Notes: generated by a model from the sequence alone, not told the origin. DNA of 58,154 bases from Octopus bimaculoides (GCF_001194135.2 NC_068986.1:98679332-98737485), one strand, 5' to 3'. Counted from the first letter of the stretch, positions 24,805-39,282 are shown. Numbers and translations are program-made.

Positions 24805-26634
24805 TACATATATATCATATATGTAACAATAATATGCGTAGTAGAGGTAGATATTTTAGGAAGAGGGATGATAATAGCAGTTAAAAACAAACTTAAGGTA
24901 ACCTGATACTAAGCATAAATACTACCACTTACCATCCTCAGATGGTCTATGTCTGCAGAATACTAAATTTCCTTGGACAGCTAGCCATTCTGTTTTTAAC
25001 CAGAAGGGTTCAAAAAAGTCACAGTCTAGGTTATTTTTGACAACACAACAATGACAACACCACATGTATTTCAGCTTGACTTGTATTTAATTCAGATTCT
25101 ATATGAATAATGCGGTTGTTCCACTCTGAAGAGTTACGTTATGGATGTGTTTTAACAAGGAGAAATTCTCCCTCGGTGATAGCGAGGTTCAAAATTTGGA
25201 ATGATTGATAGAGCGATTTAGTTGAAGACTGGTTATGTTCAGGAAGGATGCAATGGGGTTTTTCTTGATGAGAGTATCATTTGTGATCTACTACGGTAGA
25301 AGCGTACGGTAGAAGCTACGGTCGAAGAAACTTGTTCATAATGATGCGCGATGGCCCTAACAAAGAACAATGTGTTTATGAAATGCATAGCTATAGAGCC
25401 ATGCCTTCGGCATCAATTATATGTTATACGATCTACATGATTATCGTTACAAATATTTTTGATAGATTTCGATTTTTTTTAAATGTATTTTCTATTGTAT
25501 TAGCTAACCATATGTTAGCTATCATTTTTCTTCTAGTTTTTAACATTTATTTCTATTTCTTTCTGTTATTGCAGATACAATTCTTATTCGTCAAATTAAT
25601 GTCTGATTAAGTGCAGCAGAATTCGCTAAAATTACTAAAACAAAACTTGAAACAAAAAGGTTTGGAATTAATTTTCATGTAAATTTGAATATTTTATTCA
25701 ACATCCGTAAAAAATATTTATTCTGAATTTAAAATTTGAAATGGGTAATTATTGTTTTTAAGAACACTTTCTATACATCATAAACGAAAGTAGAAATAGA
25801 AGGAATCTAATAGTTATTACTTTAAACTGTTTACGTTACTTTATTTATATAATGTGTTATGAAAAAGAGTTTTGGCTAAATAGTTCCAACCGGTCAATTT
25901 CTGGATTAATGCAATGCCGAGAATAACGTTTTATTTGGTGCACACTCCCTTTTAAAAGCTTTATAAATTTAGACACTTTGGGAGAGTTAGTGGGGAAAGG
26001 GTATTCGACATTCTGATAGTCAATAGCAAAATACTTACACATATGATGACATGACGACATTAAACTGCATCAAGTGTTGAGGCTCCAGTTTGGGAGTCCT
26101 GGAGTTGTTGGGATCGTGGAGTCACCCCTTAATTACCCCTACACCCAGATCCATTTTGTCAGGGTCCCATCTAAGGGTTAAATAGAATTTCCAGAAGTAG
26201 ACGAGACTCGTGTTAGTTTTCACAAAGCCATGGAGAAAGCAGCTCTTCTAGGAAAAAGGTACGATGACATAAAAGTTACAGTCAAACCTGTACCTGTCGT
26301 CTAGCAATGCCTGTCAATGGCGTTTATACCATGATGACCGATAGAGTGACAAAAGTGCCACAAGCTTTTATCACTTAAATCCAATGACGTACAACTATTT
26401 CACTACTGTGAGACGGCTATCATCTGAAAAGATGTGACAGTCATCAGGAATATATAATATATTGTATTTTATGGTATATAATGAGCTTGTAAGCAAAACT
26501 TGTACACATAATTTGAAGTGAAAATTTATTGCAAATCCCTATAAATATAATGCTTAAGACTGGTTATAAGATCAACTTTTAGTAACAAAATTGTGCATTA
26601 TATACCATGAAAAATGCTGTGTGTGTTTGTTTGT

Positions 26635-26680
<46 letters not shown>

Positions 26681-26697
26681 NNNNNNNNNNAGAGAGA

Positions 26698-26735
<38 letters not shown>

Positions 26736-27149
26736 TGGAGGGAGAGAGAATAATAAAAAATGCAGCACTGTGTGACGACAGAGGAGCTTACTGGAAAAAA
26801 AAGAAAACTTATGCACAATAGACGCAAACATGCTCAGCCCTCGTCAGTTATCGACCGAATATTATCACAACTTCGATACCTTCCGATAATACCGCTCAGT
26901 TCAGCTGTATCTGCTGGGGTATAAATGAACGAACATAATAGACGAATACAAACAGAAAAGTGAGAAAAGATGAGGTGTCGAGACGGTACGGTAAATGTTC
27001 GTGTTCTGAGGAGAACGGGAAAATGTATGTAAGTGGAAAAAAAAAATAAGTGAGCAAGTACAGTATAGAAACTATGTAATTATTACGGCACAGAGAGATA
27101 TTCGTACACATAGAATGATTTTCACCAATGCGCTGAAAGTAAGGCAAGA

Positions 27150-27780
27150 CGTGTTGTGCAATGTAACGCTAAAGGGAAATATGATGGAGAAAAAAAACGC
27201 GAACTAAATTTAAAATCTTATACAAATCGAAGGCTGGAAACAGAAAGGGTGTGTAACTTAAAATACAGAAAGGGTACGTGGTGCAATTTTGAGAAAGAAA
27301 AGAAGAAAAAGGGTACTACTGGATTGGGAGAAACACAGATAATGAGATAGAGAGGGGAGGTCGTAAAAGATAAAACAGAGTAGGAATGGAAGAATAGAAA
27401 AAAAGTGAAATGCAAAGAACATTAAAGACAAACTGATATGAAGAGTGTAGAAAGAAACAGCGATAGAAAAATAAAAGGAGTGAAAGGAATGTACTTCTAT
27501 AGGGGAAATGGTATAAATTATGAAGTGGAAACGATAGACAGTGGAAAGTGGCAAAAAGTTAAGCAAAAAAGAAATGAGAAAGGACGGATAGCTAGATAGA
27601 AATATAGAAAGCCGTAGAATGATAAAGTTATACTGATAGATAGAAAGGAAAGATATGAAATACAGATGGGAAGATACGCAAATAGAGAAAAGATAGAGAG
27701 AGTGTTGACAAAAAATAGTTGACAGAAAAATACGTGATAATAGAAGCAAATGAAAATGCATAGGCTGGATATAAGAGTTG
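27150..27780. repeat. purine-rich, strand-asymmetric low-complexity block
   Basis: A/G-rich on the plus strand; comparable blocks at 31680-31990 (pyrimidine-rich) and 49750-50283. Confidence 0.7.
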
Positions 27781-27819
27781 TCGGTTTCTTATCAGTTCTC
27801 TTTTCTCCCTAATGTTTGA

Positions 27820-27856
27820 ATACACATCACATCTGCCAGGCAGATGTGATGTGTAT
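27820..27856. repeat. perfect 18-bp-arm palindrome with 1-nt spacer
   Basis: ATACACATCACATCTGCC-A-GGCAGATGTGATGTGTAT. Confidence 0.95.
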
Positions 27857-27969
27857 AAAGGTGCATAGCTTTTTCTCCTTCTCCCATGCGACTTGTGTTT
27901 ACATCAGATTGTTTGTTTTTTTTTCTTTTTAATACTCCACCATTATTCTTCCTTTTTAAAGTTGTGGAT

Positions 27970-28260
27970 ACTTCTTATTTTGAGGTGCCCTTGATAAGCT
28001 CGTCAGGTCAATACTTCATGTGTATAGTGTTGTAGGCCATCAATGCAATAATATTATGTTTCATGGAAAAGTAGCGTCTTTCGGCGATTTTGAACGCCAG
28101 CACAATGGACACTTTCTATCACAAAGCGGACCTTTAGAGATATTTTTATCCCTTTTGCTTCTCGAGTGGTTAGTAGCTATCTATTGTCCTTGGATAACAA
28201 AGGAATAGACTTCAGGGTGAGATGTCGTGTACTTTTCAAAGGTCCAGAAGCTCTTATTCC
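27970..28260 (-). mobile_element. possible PLE 3' end relic (GIY-YIG C-terminus plus CUGACGA motif)
   Basis: Weak peptide resemblance (LLTTREAK, RKCPLC) followed by CTGACGAG...CTCAAAA at 27972-28006. Confidence 0.3.
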
Positions 28261-28272
28261 TGTCAATGTCGC

Positions 28273-28437
28273 AAGCATTTTTAGCTTATTTATGTATGTA
28301 TGTATGTATGTATGTATGTATGTATGTATTTATGTATGTATGTATGTATGTATGTATGCATGCATGTATGCATGCATGCATGCATGCATGTATGTATGTA
28401 TGTATGTTTGTTTGTTTGTATGTATGCATGTATGTAT
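28273..28437. repeat. (TATG/TGCA)n tetranucleotide repeat
   Basis: Visible run. Confidence 0.9.
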
Positions 28438-29284
28438 GTGTTTGTGTTTTAGTATGAGTAAATGTATTTTAAACTACTCTCTTATATTAATCTATAGATA
28501 TTGAAATATAATACTTAGTTACTTTGAAATGGCAAGGAAATATTTCAAATGGTTCCAAGAACGTATATAAAATATAGGTACTGAGGGAAAAATACAATTT
28601 GTTGAATGTACATAGAAATAATTTACCATTCACTAATTTAAATCACTTATTGTAACAAATACATGAATAGATAGTATCAAGTTATGGTTCTCTTATTGGC
28701 TATAAAAATTTGCGAATAAATAAACAGTTAATTGGATTTTACGCTATAGAAAACATCATAATCTGTCGGATCGCTTTTCACAGTTCGAATAAAAATTAGT
28801 TCTATATTTCACAATATTAATAGAGATTTATCGTAAGATTGTGTTTCGCTGCTTTTTGGAACATTTTCCTATTTGAATAGATGTAGATATCATCAAATAT
28901 GTTACCACTCGTTTATTATTGCGCTATTTTATTAACTTAACACATTGCGATAGAATATACGATGTTTATCAATTTGATTTTGACGCAGATAACTTCAGTA
29001 TGATACGGCTTTTGTTTAGTTTAACAGTTTACGCATTTTCTTCACTGCGCAAGGAAAGCAGTAAAATAAAGGGCTACACGAATTAATGAGATGAAAGGAA
29101 GTCAAAGTGGCTACAGATCAACTAGAAATAGCAGCCAAATTGCCATGAAATACAAAATATAGTACTAACAAAAAGAAGAACGTTTTACGTAATATACCCC
29201 TCAATATAGCAACAACTTCTGCATGATTACATACATATATACATGGCGACTGTCACTTCTTTACAGATGAAGACCACCTCTTCA

Positions 29285-29800
29285 ATTACAAAGTCTTGTC
29301 ATTTGATTTCATATGACTAGCGAGTCCGGCTTTGGAAAAACAGACTCTATTGCAGATGTTACAAATATGTTCAAGCCGAAAAAACATGGAACTGGGACCA
29401 AGCCCTATTTACCAATTGTTCCTTTTAAGATGAAGTTTTCGATTCTCCGTGTTTCAAATGCTTTACAACCATTGTAGATCACTTCTTCCTTAACCGACCA
29501 ATTATACGTAATCGGTTTCTAGGCTTTAAAATCCACAGTAAGAACCTTTAGGTTATTTTTCACGAAATCTCAAAATCATTTATTTGATTTATGTCATGGA
29601 CGTCTGCACGTTGCAACTCAACGTAAAAAGAAAAAGCTCCTCAATCCACTGCATTTGATTGTGTATAAGGTGCATCTCAGTACTAGACGTGTTGACTCGT
29701 AAAGAACCATGATGCTAGAGATTGCCATTTAATGTTTAAGATCCACCTAAAACAAGCTTCATGGAATCTTTCATGTGATGCCGATATGTAGCTCACGTCT
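29285..29800 (-). mobile_element. RTE/BovB-like LINE 3' end with C-terminal C2H2-type finger
   Basis: Minus strand RWILNIKWQ, DFVKNNLK, YNGCKAFETRRIE and HICNICNRVCFSKAGLASHMKS. Confidence 0.75.
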
Positions 29801-30099
29801 CAGAAGTGTATTTAAAAAAAGAAGACAGATTAGACGCAGGCTTTATAAACGCTCAGCTTGGTTTTGATGGTGATGACTCTGTCAGAGCACATACATTCAC
29901 ACATACATGCATATATACATGAACTCGAAACGACAAGTCGCGTATTTGGCATGGGAGATTATTTATCGAAAATACGATGAATACTATCTCTAACTTTGGA
30001 GCCACAACTATCAGCCTTCTTAAATAACTGGTTAACCTTCAGATGAATTAACTCGGAGAGCTTTTTATTCACGATCGCATTGATTTTCGACCGAAGCTT

Positions 30100-30450
30100 G
30101 AACTTAGCATGCAGAGAGTTACTACAAACAACATGGCTGGACACAACATCAGCAACACAACCGAGAAACAGAACGAAAACAACAGCTCAACAGGTAAACA
30201 AATTGTTTCTACCTGTAGTTATAGAAGAAACTGTGATTACAAAACTCATTTCTCTTGGAGTTATGAATTGAATACTGATCTATTTTTACTGCTAAAAAAA
30301 GGCGAAACAAAACCCTGCTGTTGGCTATATGAATCGATTTAAATCATATTGGGACGATCTACATCCAGAATTAAATCATTTAACTGCGAAGCAACTACGC
30401 CAACAAGTAACATTTGTAGAATATAGGAACAAAGTAACACTCATAACCTG
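30100..30450 (+). mobile_element. R4/Dong-like LINE, N-terminal ORF fragment
   Basis: FSWSYELNTDLF (frameshift) NPAVGYMNRFKSYWDDLHPELNHLTAKQLRQQ resembles the R4/Dong N-terminal W..E.N..L..CY...GY..R....W...HP......Q.L..Q motif. Confidence 0.5.
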
Positions 30451-32248
30451 ATAAAAATTAGATTAGTCTCATTGAAACAGTATACGGAATATCAACTGGG
30501 ATTTGTAGAGGTGAGCCAAGCTAGAATTAAATACATAATATTGCACGAAGCAACATTGATTGAAACATATTGGTGTAAAATCACATTCAACACATTCAAG
30601 TAATCTTGAACATGAGAAGACCTTCCACTGCAGAGCTACTCCTGGGAGAATTATGTCCTCCTAAACCTGTGTAAAGATATGTCTGAATGCGTGTGTGTAT
30701 CTGCGTGTGTCTGTGTGTGCTGAGACAGAGAGAGAGTAGCTAAAGTCAATAAATCTTTCTGTTGCTCTTCCAAACCCTAACCAAATGTCCCTTAAATCAA
30801 ACACAACTGTTAAGAATTCCTTTCATGTACCCACTACTTATTATATCCCTTGTATACTGTCAACTCTACAACTCAGTAACAGATAGATTTTTGTAGTCAA
30901 ACCATGTTGCAAGTTCGGAGCTTTGCTTTGTTATTGTGGATCTAGCTAAAGTTCACCCTTCTTTTCATTCTGAAATATAGTCCGAAATTTTGCAATGCCT
31001 GCTACTAGACAATAAGAAATATGTATTAAAACATTATAAATCACTGAAGACTAGAAAGGGGGAATTTTGTGATGCAAATAGGATTCGTTGCTCCAACAAT
31101 CAAAGGTACTAATTTTGGTTGCAGATTTAATAATTCCTTTTAGCGTTTATGTTGACTAAATCAAAAACTAGGCGGAATATAATTTAATTTTGTCGCTCAA
31201 TTACCAAGTAAAACTAATCTTTGAATCCTTATCGGTTACTATTATAACAAAAATCATTGTTATATATAATTAAATATTCTATATCGACTTTTTAACAATA
31301 TGATATGAGGTTTCCAGACATGAGTTCTACTCACGTGTCAAGTTTCACCAAAATCGATAAAACGCACCCACAGACAGAATTTCCCACATATGTAGTATAT
31401 ATATATATATATATCGATGTATGTATCAGTTTAATTTTGGCTGTCGAAACAATAGAGCACATAATACCCTAGCAGCAATTGATGATACATTTTATTATGT
31501 ATTTTATTTTCTATTGGTCGAGTGGACTCGATCAAGATATATGTACATTATATATATACATTATATATNNNNNNNNNNNNNNNNNNNNNNNNNNNNNNNN
31601 NNNNNNNNNNNNNNNNNNNNNNNNNNNNNNNTATATATATATACATATATATATATACTCTCCGTTTCGAAATAAGCGTCCCTATTTCTTTTCTGCAACA
31701 AGACTCCACTCGCTCAAACCATTTTTGTTAATCTTCTTTTCTTTTTTGACATAATTCTTCCTGTTTTAGACATTCTTACACGTTTAACTGATTTTTCTTC
31801 GATTTTTATACCTAAACTATCATTTTACTGACTTTGTAAGTTTTTCTTCCGACTTCATACTTGTTTTTGGGTTTTATTTTCTGTATATCTTCTCTGACCA
31901 CGTTTCTGATTTTATTTCCTTTATATTTTATCTCATCCACTATACCATATTCTTTAATTTTTCTCACACCTCTCACTTATCTATACAATATTCAATCCAA
32001 CGCCACGCTTGTACAAATACACCTGCTCCTAGCTGACCGCCGGATCGCACACATCGCTCGCATACCTTCTTTCATTCCCATCTCTCTACACAGATGTATG
32101 TGGGTGTGGTTAGGGGCTGGTGACCTTGACGTGTTCGTGTGTGCATGTGTAGGTGTGTGGATGATGGTGTGGGTGATGGGAAGTGGTCAGTGCTTGTGTG
32201 CGGGGTAGTGTGAAGTGGTGTGGTGTGGTATGTGAGAGTGGAATGTGT

Positions 32249-32266
32249 GGGACGGGGTGGGGTGGG
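32249..32266 (+). other. canonical G-quadruplex-forming motif
   Basis: GGG AC GGGG T GGGG T GGG within a GT-rich block at 32095-32325. Confidence 0.6.
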
Positions 32267-33602
32267 ATGGAATATATAGGGAGGGTGGAGTTGGAATGTG
32301 TAGGGGTGGGGTAACGATGGAGTGGTAATGTATATATATATATATATATATACATATATGTATGTATATANNNNNNNNNNNNNNNNNNNNNNNNNNNNNN
32401 NNNNNNNNNNNNNNNNNNNNNNNNNNNAAATAGAGAGATTCAATTGATAATCTAATAATGTATTTATATTATAATATAACATAATATACTATGAATATAA
32501 TATTTAAAAATTATTAAAAAAACAAAATAGCCAACAATTTTTTCGACTAATATACATTATTTCATTTATATACAATTCATATCCATGTATATAAGTCGGA
32601 GTTTTGGTTCGAAAGACATACGAAATTCCTTGTGAAAAGATGGCCAGATTGCAAAACAATTTATTCAGACCCCTATGCTTAGGAATGTGAGCATTAACTT
32701 TTCAACTACATAACAAATACAACTAAAAAAACACAAAATTATAACTGACTAAATAATTAAGTAAATAAAATCTACAACTGTCGAAATATATTTCTATGTA
32801 TCTCAAAAAAATCCAAATTCATTTAGGTTGAAGACAATCTTCGACTATTTTACTAACAGAATCACTCGACACTTCGTTTCTCCCATAGTTCGCGTTCATT
32901 CAGACTGAATATAATCCTTTCAAATTTTCGTACTAGGCTAGCAAATTCGAGGGGAAGAGGAAGCTAACTACATCACTGTTTCAGTGTTCAAATGATGTTT
33001 ATTTTAGCAGCCTCACATTCAATCCAGAAGAAAAAAGAACAATTTTGAAAGAACTTCCTTGTGTGATTTGCAAATAACAGAGGTTGAATATTCCTTTGTG
33101 CAGATATGTAGACAATGCATCGTGTCTTTATCAGAAGAATTGCTGCTGTGATAAATATTTTCAATTTCTCAAGTGTGTTTGATGTGTTCAATTGATATGC
33201 GTTAGCTGTTTTGACCGTATTATGTTAACAAGGGTGAATCCTCTATATTGGCAATATAATGTATAGTGAATTTCTATCCTCGATTCCACTAAACAAATAG
33301 ATCGAATGAATTGCTCCTTCAAAAGGATTTCTGTTAAACCTATTAGATAATTTCATTATGTCAGATCCATATATTAGGGACTTCGATAGTCATTTTATTA
33401 ATATTATTACTACAGATGCACCAGACTGTTTTGAGTGTTTTCGTATTTCTATATTCTCTATAAACATATACATGTATGTCTATGTGTGCGCATGTGTCTT
33501 TATAGACATACATACACATAGAGAATTGGAAATATATATGTATATATAAACACATACATATATACATACATGCATACTTGCATTCGTGTGTGTGTGCGCG
33601 CA

Positions 33603-34441
33603 CAGGGTTCTCTGGCTAAATTTCACGATTTGTCTCCTTTTCCAAGAACAGCTTGAGATATTGGTGAACAGTCAACCGCGTTGGTGAGCATAAATATCAA
33701 CGTTGTAGTTGTAAAAATCTCGCTGACATGGAGGACTAGAAGCCACCGCAATATTGAAAGAGAGTTAACTGTATCATGTTGATCCGCACCGGATATCAAA
33801 TTCAGACATCATGACTCCTGTTCAATTCTCTGTGTACATAGTAACTGCTGTAAGAAGTAACATAGACTATTGCAATTGAGACTACGATACCGTGGCCAGC
33901 AGGAAGGCACAAAGCAAGTGTTCTGACTGCGTCCGCACGTCAGCAGTCTTCCCCACATCTTTGAGGGACCGAGACTCAATTCAGTAGGCTGTTAGAGTCT
34001 GTAGTCAATCCGTAGTTGAGGAAAGTTGCTTCTGTATCATAGCAGGATCTAGCTCTTCACTATACCTCCAGAAAGCGTCAGAATGGGTTGTCGGAGGATT
34101 CTTGCGGCTTCACCAGCCCCAATTTCTGGGCTCCTCGATTGTAATCCCATGGATTACTATGTGTGGAGTGCCGTTGAGAAGGACATCCACCGCTATACCT
34201 ATAGCACCAACGCCGAGCTGATGACCAAGATCAAGGTGTTCGAAGATCTTCCCAGGTAAATGTGAAGAACGCATGCTCTGGTTCCAGAGTTGTTTGGGTC
34301 TGTGGTGGAAGCTGAGGGCAGCTACTTTGAGTAAACTGTTATCTGCCAGCCAAAATGTTGGTAATGTTGTTTGATTTTTTAGATGGGATATTGTGTTTTC
34401 ATTAACCCTTTATGCAAAACTCTCATTTAGTCGGAACGCCT
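33603..34441 (+). mobile_element. internally deleted Tc1/mariner element, DD37D (maT-like) transposase C-terminus
   Basis: QDLALHYTSRKRQNGLSEDSCGFTSPNFW..DCNPMDYYVWSAVEKD; D-to-D spacing is 37 if the frameshifted WPPxSPD is restored. Stop at ~34334; degenerate TIRs starting CAGGG. Confidence 0.8.
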
Positions 34442-34527
<86 letters not shown>

Positions 34528-34681
34528 CAATATCAAAGGTATACTCATACATATATCTCTATAATTGTGTATGTATATGTATATATATATACATGTATAT
34601 GTGTACGTTTGTATCTTTACTTATTTGTTCTTATGCATATACATGTGTATGTCTATATATGAATACATAGTAGTTTGTATG

Positions 34682-34710
34682 CTAGGAGAATATCCGGCGT
34701 TTCTCAGGTG
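34682..34710 (-). mobile_element. possible Helitron 3' terminus (degenerate hairpin plus CTAG)
   Basis: Minus strand CCTGAGAAACGCCGGATATTCTCCTAG resembles CCGGGCAACGCCGGG.....CTAG ends; the expected flanking T is absent. Confidence 0.3.
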
Positions 34711-35689
34711 GATAAGTATACTTTGAGGGTCCCCAAAATTGTTCATAATGCAAGCATTTATATATTATACACCTCTATTGTATTGCTTTCAAACAAGAAA
34801 TGAATTTTGTTGATTTATGTTTGTAGTATACGGACTCTAATGCAATGTGCAACATATTCAAACTGAATATTAATAGAATATTTTGTAATGTAATTGTATA
34901 GATAGAGCTAATTCATGGCGTAAATCAAATAAAGGCTGTTTTATCATATTAGAGTTTCTTATTGAACTTCCATTATTCAAATTCATAACTACTTCAAATA
35001 ATTTGAAAAACTGGTAAAAAAAAAACCGGAGTTGAACTATCTACAGAAATAGAATCATTCATATAACATGAAACTGAAGTGCTGAGAGGAAAGCCACACA
35101 TCCAAATATCAATACCACCTTACATACATCGATAAAGAAATGATATTAATAACTGTGATTAACCCCACTTTATATGATAGTCTGGAAATTTTGTGCACTC
35201 ATTTCAGCGCTTCGTGATGTATAATGATTTTGTTTTTACCAATAGAGAGCATTGAAGTCTTCCAGCTTTTGAGCATCCTACATAAAGTCGGCCTTGAACA
35301 ATGCTGAAATCTTCAGGATGGATGTAATACAGCAACTAATATTGTTTTCTTTTGGGATATATTGATTGACATGTAAAAGCTGAGGAGTATTGGAAAATGA
35401 AGCCTTTTAAATGAAAAGGCTACATTTGTTGGCTCATATGGAATTCTGAATAGAATTTTATCTCCTTCTTTGGTGACATAAGCTTCTTAACTATTATTCT
35501 TGTGTCATTGCATAGTTATAACTTAACTAAATTTCGCTTCGACATTACTGAAGATTTTTGTTAGCTACAATAGTGTGGTGATCGAGGGAATTTTAAAATT
35601 CTGATGGATAGTAAATTATTTCAACGTGTGAGTTAGATAATGATGCTGCAAGCTAGGGAATATCTTGGAAATAAATCCGTCTACTGTCT

Positions 35690-36520
35690 CATCCACTGGG
35701 TCAAATCTTACCTATCCAAGTTTCATATCAACAGTGAATCTTAGCAGCGTCAACTTCTTGGTTGTTACTTTACATCTAGAAGCTAGCAGTCCTAAACTTT
35801 ACTGTAACTCTAATGAAAGTTTATTCTGTATTAATAAAAATTCCAACCACCCGCCTAAAGTCCTTAAGTATAATACAGGGAATCATTATACAAGGAATCG
35901 AAATTTCACATTGTCAGTGGATGAGGTGGTCTCCGACAAGGCTTCACTTTTCTACAACGATACCCTTAAGAACAGCCGTTTCTTGGTGTTGATCCATTAT
36001 GAAAATAACCCTGGAAGTTCTCACGGAAATAGGACTAGAAAGATCTTGGGGTTCAATCCAACATCCAGTATGAATGTTAAGAGTAAAAGCGAGGGAACTT
36101 TTAAGGTTACAATTTATGTTCATGGCTATAATAGGATATTCAACTGAAGTAACTCTGAAGATTGACAAGTCTAATTATAAGAACTTTACTGGTTGGGAAG
36201 GTAACATAATATAAAAAATAACTCTCTGACATTAATGAAAAGGTAAACAATTCTCAAATATAATTATATAGGCCCCAGCTGCTACCCACGTAAGATCAAT
36301 CGACTGATAAAAGATGTCGAGTATAGAAATGAAATATAGGTCGAAAGTAGCCCTACATACAAAACTTAGACCGGAGCAACAGAAATCGGTTTCGAGACAA
36401 GACTTAACCTGCATAAAATTACATTTAGATATCCATAAAACAGGTCTTCAAGAATTCCGACCAAAGTCGAATGGTAATGAAAATAATTTGGTTCGGCTAT
36501 TTTCGAAATCCACTGGTTGA
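35690..36520 (+). mobile_element. Penelope-like element relic: RT C-terminus, linker and GIY-YIG endonuclease
   Basis: SSVNFLVVTLHL...NKNSNHPPKVLK...RTRKILGFNPTSSMNVKSK...YNRIFN, then TGATEIGFETRLNLHKITFR (cf. YIG.TE..FKTR.NNHK.SFR). Confidence 0.85.
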
Positions 36521-37214
36521 TTTTAGAAAGAGTAGGTCAATACAGGTATGAATCTTACTGCCATTTCATAAGATGACTATCTGTTATCCTGTTTCAGGAC
36601 AAATCAGTTTGAAGCCGAAAATCTGAATTATTGAACTGTTACAAACATTCTTTAAAAATGTTGGTTCCCAGGCCTATTCTGCTGAAAGGATGATATACAT
36701 CTGTCCTATAAATTGTTGGTGTTATCATCATTATTACTTGAAATATATTGGATGCTTTGTTACTTCATATTTGATCCTCTTACTTCTAACGTCGCATTGG
36801 ATCCGTTTAGGATCTTTATATAACGTTTATATAACATTTACGTGACTTTTCACAATCGTGATATCCGAGGTTATGCATATGGCTTTCACAAAGAGTGTTT
36901 TAAGACTTGATTTTAAAACAAGGACTGATCTCTTTCAACCCAAATAACACTACATGACTTGAGTTCATTATTTACATTTTTTACATTTGACGGATATTTG
37001 TCCTCATCTTTTAACTATAGAACTGTATGACTTGAGTTCACGAAAAGATCACTTTGAGAAGCACGGTAATCTGCGAGTATTCATTTTACTGGTTGATGAT
37101 ATTCGTAATATCATTTATGTATCTAAAAAAAAAATTGGGAAAACTTAATAGAGTGTCTGAAACGCAGACACTCACACACGCATATATGCATTTATACATA
37201 TATATTTTTTACCA

Positions 37215-38063
37215 TATTTTCCACTTGTCTCAGTCATTGGACTACGGCCATGATGAGGCAACATGTTGAAGTGTCTTTAGTCGAACCAATCGACTCCAGT
37301 AGCTATTTTTTCTTAAACTTGATGCTTATTCTATTGACCTCTTATTTTGTATCCACAAAGTTACGAGCAAGTGGATAAATCAGCACCGGTTGCCAAGCGG
37401 TGCAGTGGTGCGTGCAAACACAAACACAAAGATACACGCTTATATATATATATATATATNNNNNNNNNNNNNNNNNNNNNNNNNNNNNNNNNNNNNNNNN
37501 NNNNNNNNNNNNNNNNNNNNNNNNNNNNNNNNNNNNNNNNNNNNNNNNNNNNNNNNNNNNNNNNNNNNNNNNNNNNNNNNNNNNNNNNNNNNNNNNNNNN
37601 NNNNNNNNNNNNNNNNNNNNNNNNNNNNNNNNNNNNNNNNNNNNNNNNNNNNNNNNNNNNNNNNNNNNNNNNNNNNNNNNNNNNNNNNNNNNNNNNNNNN
37701 NNNNNNNNNNNNNNNNNNNNNNNNNNNNNNNNNNNNNNNNNNNNNNNNNNNNNNNNNNNNNNNNNNNNNNNNNNNNNNNNNNNNNNNNNNNNNNNNNNNN
37801 NNNNNNNNNNNNNNNNNNNNNNNNNNNNNNNNNNNNNNNNNNNNNNNNNNNNNNNNNNNNNNNNNNNNNNNNNNNNNNNNNNNNNNNNNNNNNNNNNNNN
37901 NNNNNNNNNNNNNNNNNNNNNNNNNNNNNNNNNNNNNNNNNNNNNNNNNNNNNNNNNNNNNNNNNNNNNNNNNNNNNNNNNNNNNNNNNNNNNNNNNNNN
38001 NNNNNNNNNNNNNNNNNNNNNNNNNNNNNNNNNNNNNNNNNNNNNNNNNNNNNNNNNNNNNNN

Positions 38064-38112
<49 letters not shown>

Positions 38113-38195
38113 CCGCGTATTAGAAAAAATTACCCAAGGTACCCATGCAGTGGGACCAAGCCCAGGAACATGTCTTTGGGGAGCAAACTTCTTAA
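37215..38195 (-). mobile_element. SINE family A, full length, spanning a gap
   Basis: 3' body at 37215-37435 and tRNA-like head at 38110-38195 bracket an internal (TA)n tract and N gap. Confidence 0.7.
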
Positions 38196-38224
38196 CACAC
38201 AGCCACATATATATATACATATTC

Positions 38225-38256
<32 letters not shown>

Positions 38257-39146
38257 ATGTGTGCGTGTGTGTATGTGTGTGTGTATGTATGTGTGTTTGT
38301 GTGTGTGTCTGTGTCTGTGTGTGTCTATAAGATACATATATATATATATATGTCTACAAACAAGTAGTATATTTAAAAATCAGGTTTGTTTGCGTTTAAC
38401 CCCGTGTATCAAGATGGTTTCATCATATATTTTTATTTCTCTGTAATGCTTTGTTTAATCGTCTGTTATGTTTAATTTTAGTACAATAACTTCGTTAAGA
38501 CTTTAAACATTTCAGGAAATAAGAACAAGAGAGACTTCATTGGACTCAGTCGGAGCGTTATTGTTTAAACATAAGTACCAAAATAAAAAGCTTGAAATAT
38601 CTTTAATAGAGATTAACCACTGTGTGTGTTGTGTGCGCGTACGTATGTATAGACATGGACGTATATATACTTATGTATATGCATATGTATATAGATATGC
38701 ATATGCATATGTATATATACATGCATGTGTATACATACGTACACACACACAACATACATGCACACACACACACACGCACACATATATATACATACATAGT
38801 GTACTTACGCATGCCCAAATGAATTATACAAGAAAAATATGTTTCATAGTTGTTAAATTTGGAATCAATAAGATATTTCAGACAAACATAAATTGATAAC
38901 GTGTACTGCTATATTGCATTCAATATATACCTGTTTTTATTTTTATTTTTATTTTTTTATTTTTTTTGTAGCTTCTTATGGTAGTAATCAGTATTTAATG
39001 ATAATTCTGTTCGGCGTTGCACCTGCAACTTACATCATGGTATAATATCTACTACGAATTATATATTCACTTGTATTCTTTTAATCTTCTTTTATTTGAA
39101 CTTGAAATAATTCTGGAATGATTTCCAATATTAGATAGATAGACAC

Positions 39147-39215
<69 letters not shown>

Positions 39216-39218
39216 CAC

Positions 39219-39282
<64 letters not shown>

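Noticed and set aside
24931-24950. Minus-strand 20-nt micro-exon with good splice sites
   Set aside because: Too short to distinguish from chance without transcript data.
33040-33350. RYVDNASCL, a possible PLE RT active-site relic
   Set aside because: Only one degenerate motif; the flanks do not align convincingly.
36680-36720. HHR-like relic downstream of the PLE (CTGCTGAAAGGA...TCCTATAAA)
   Set aside because: Both core halves are non-canonical; not supportable.
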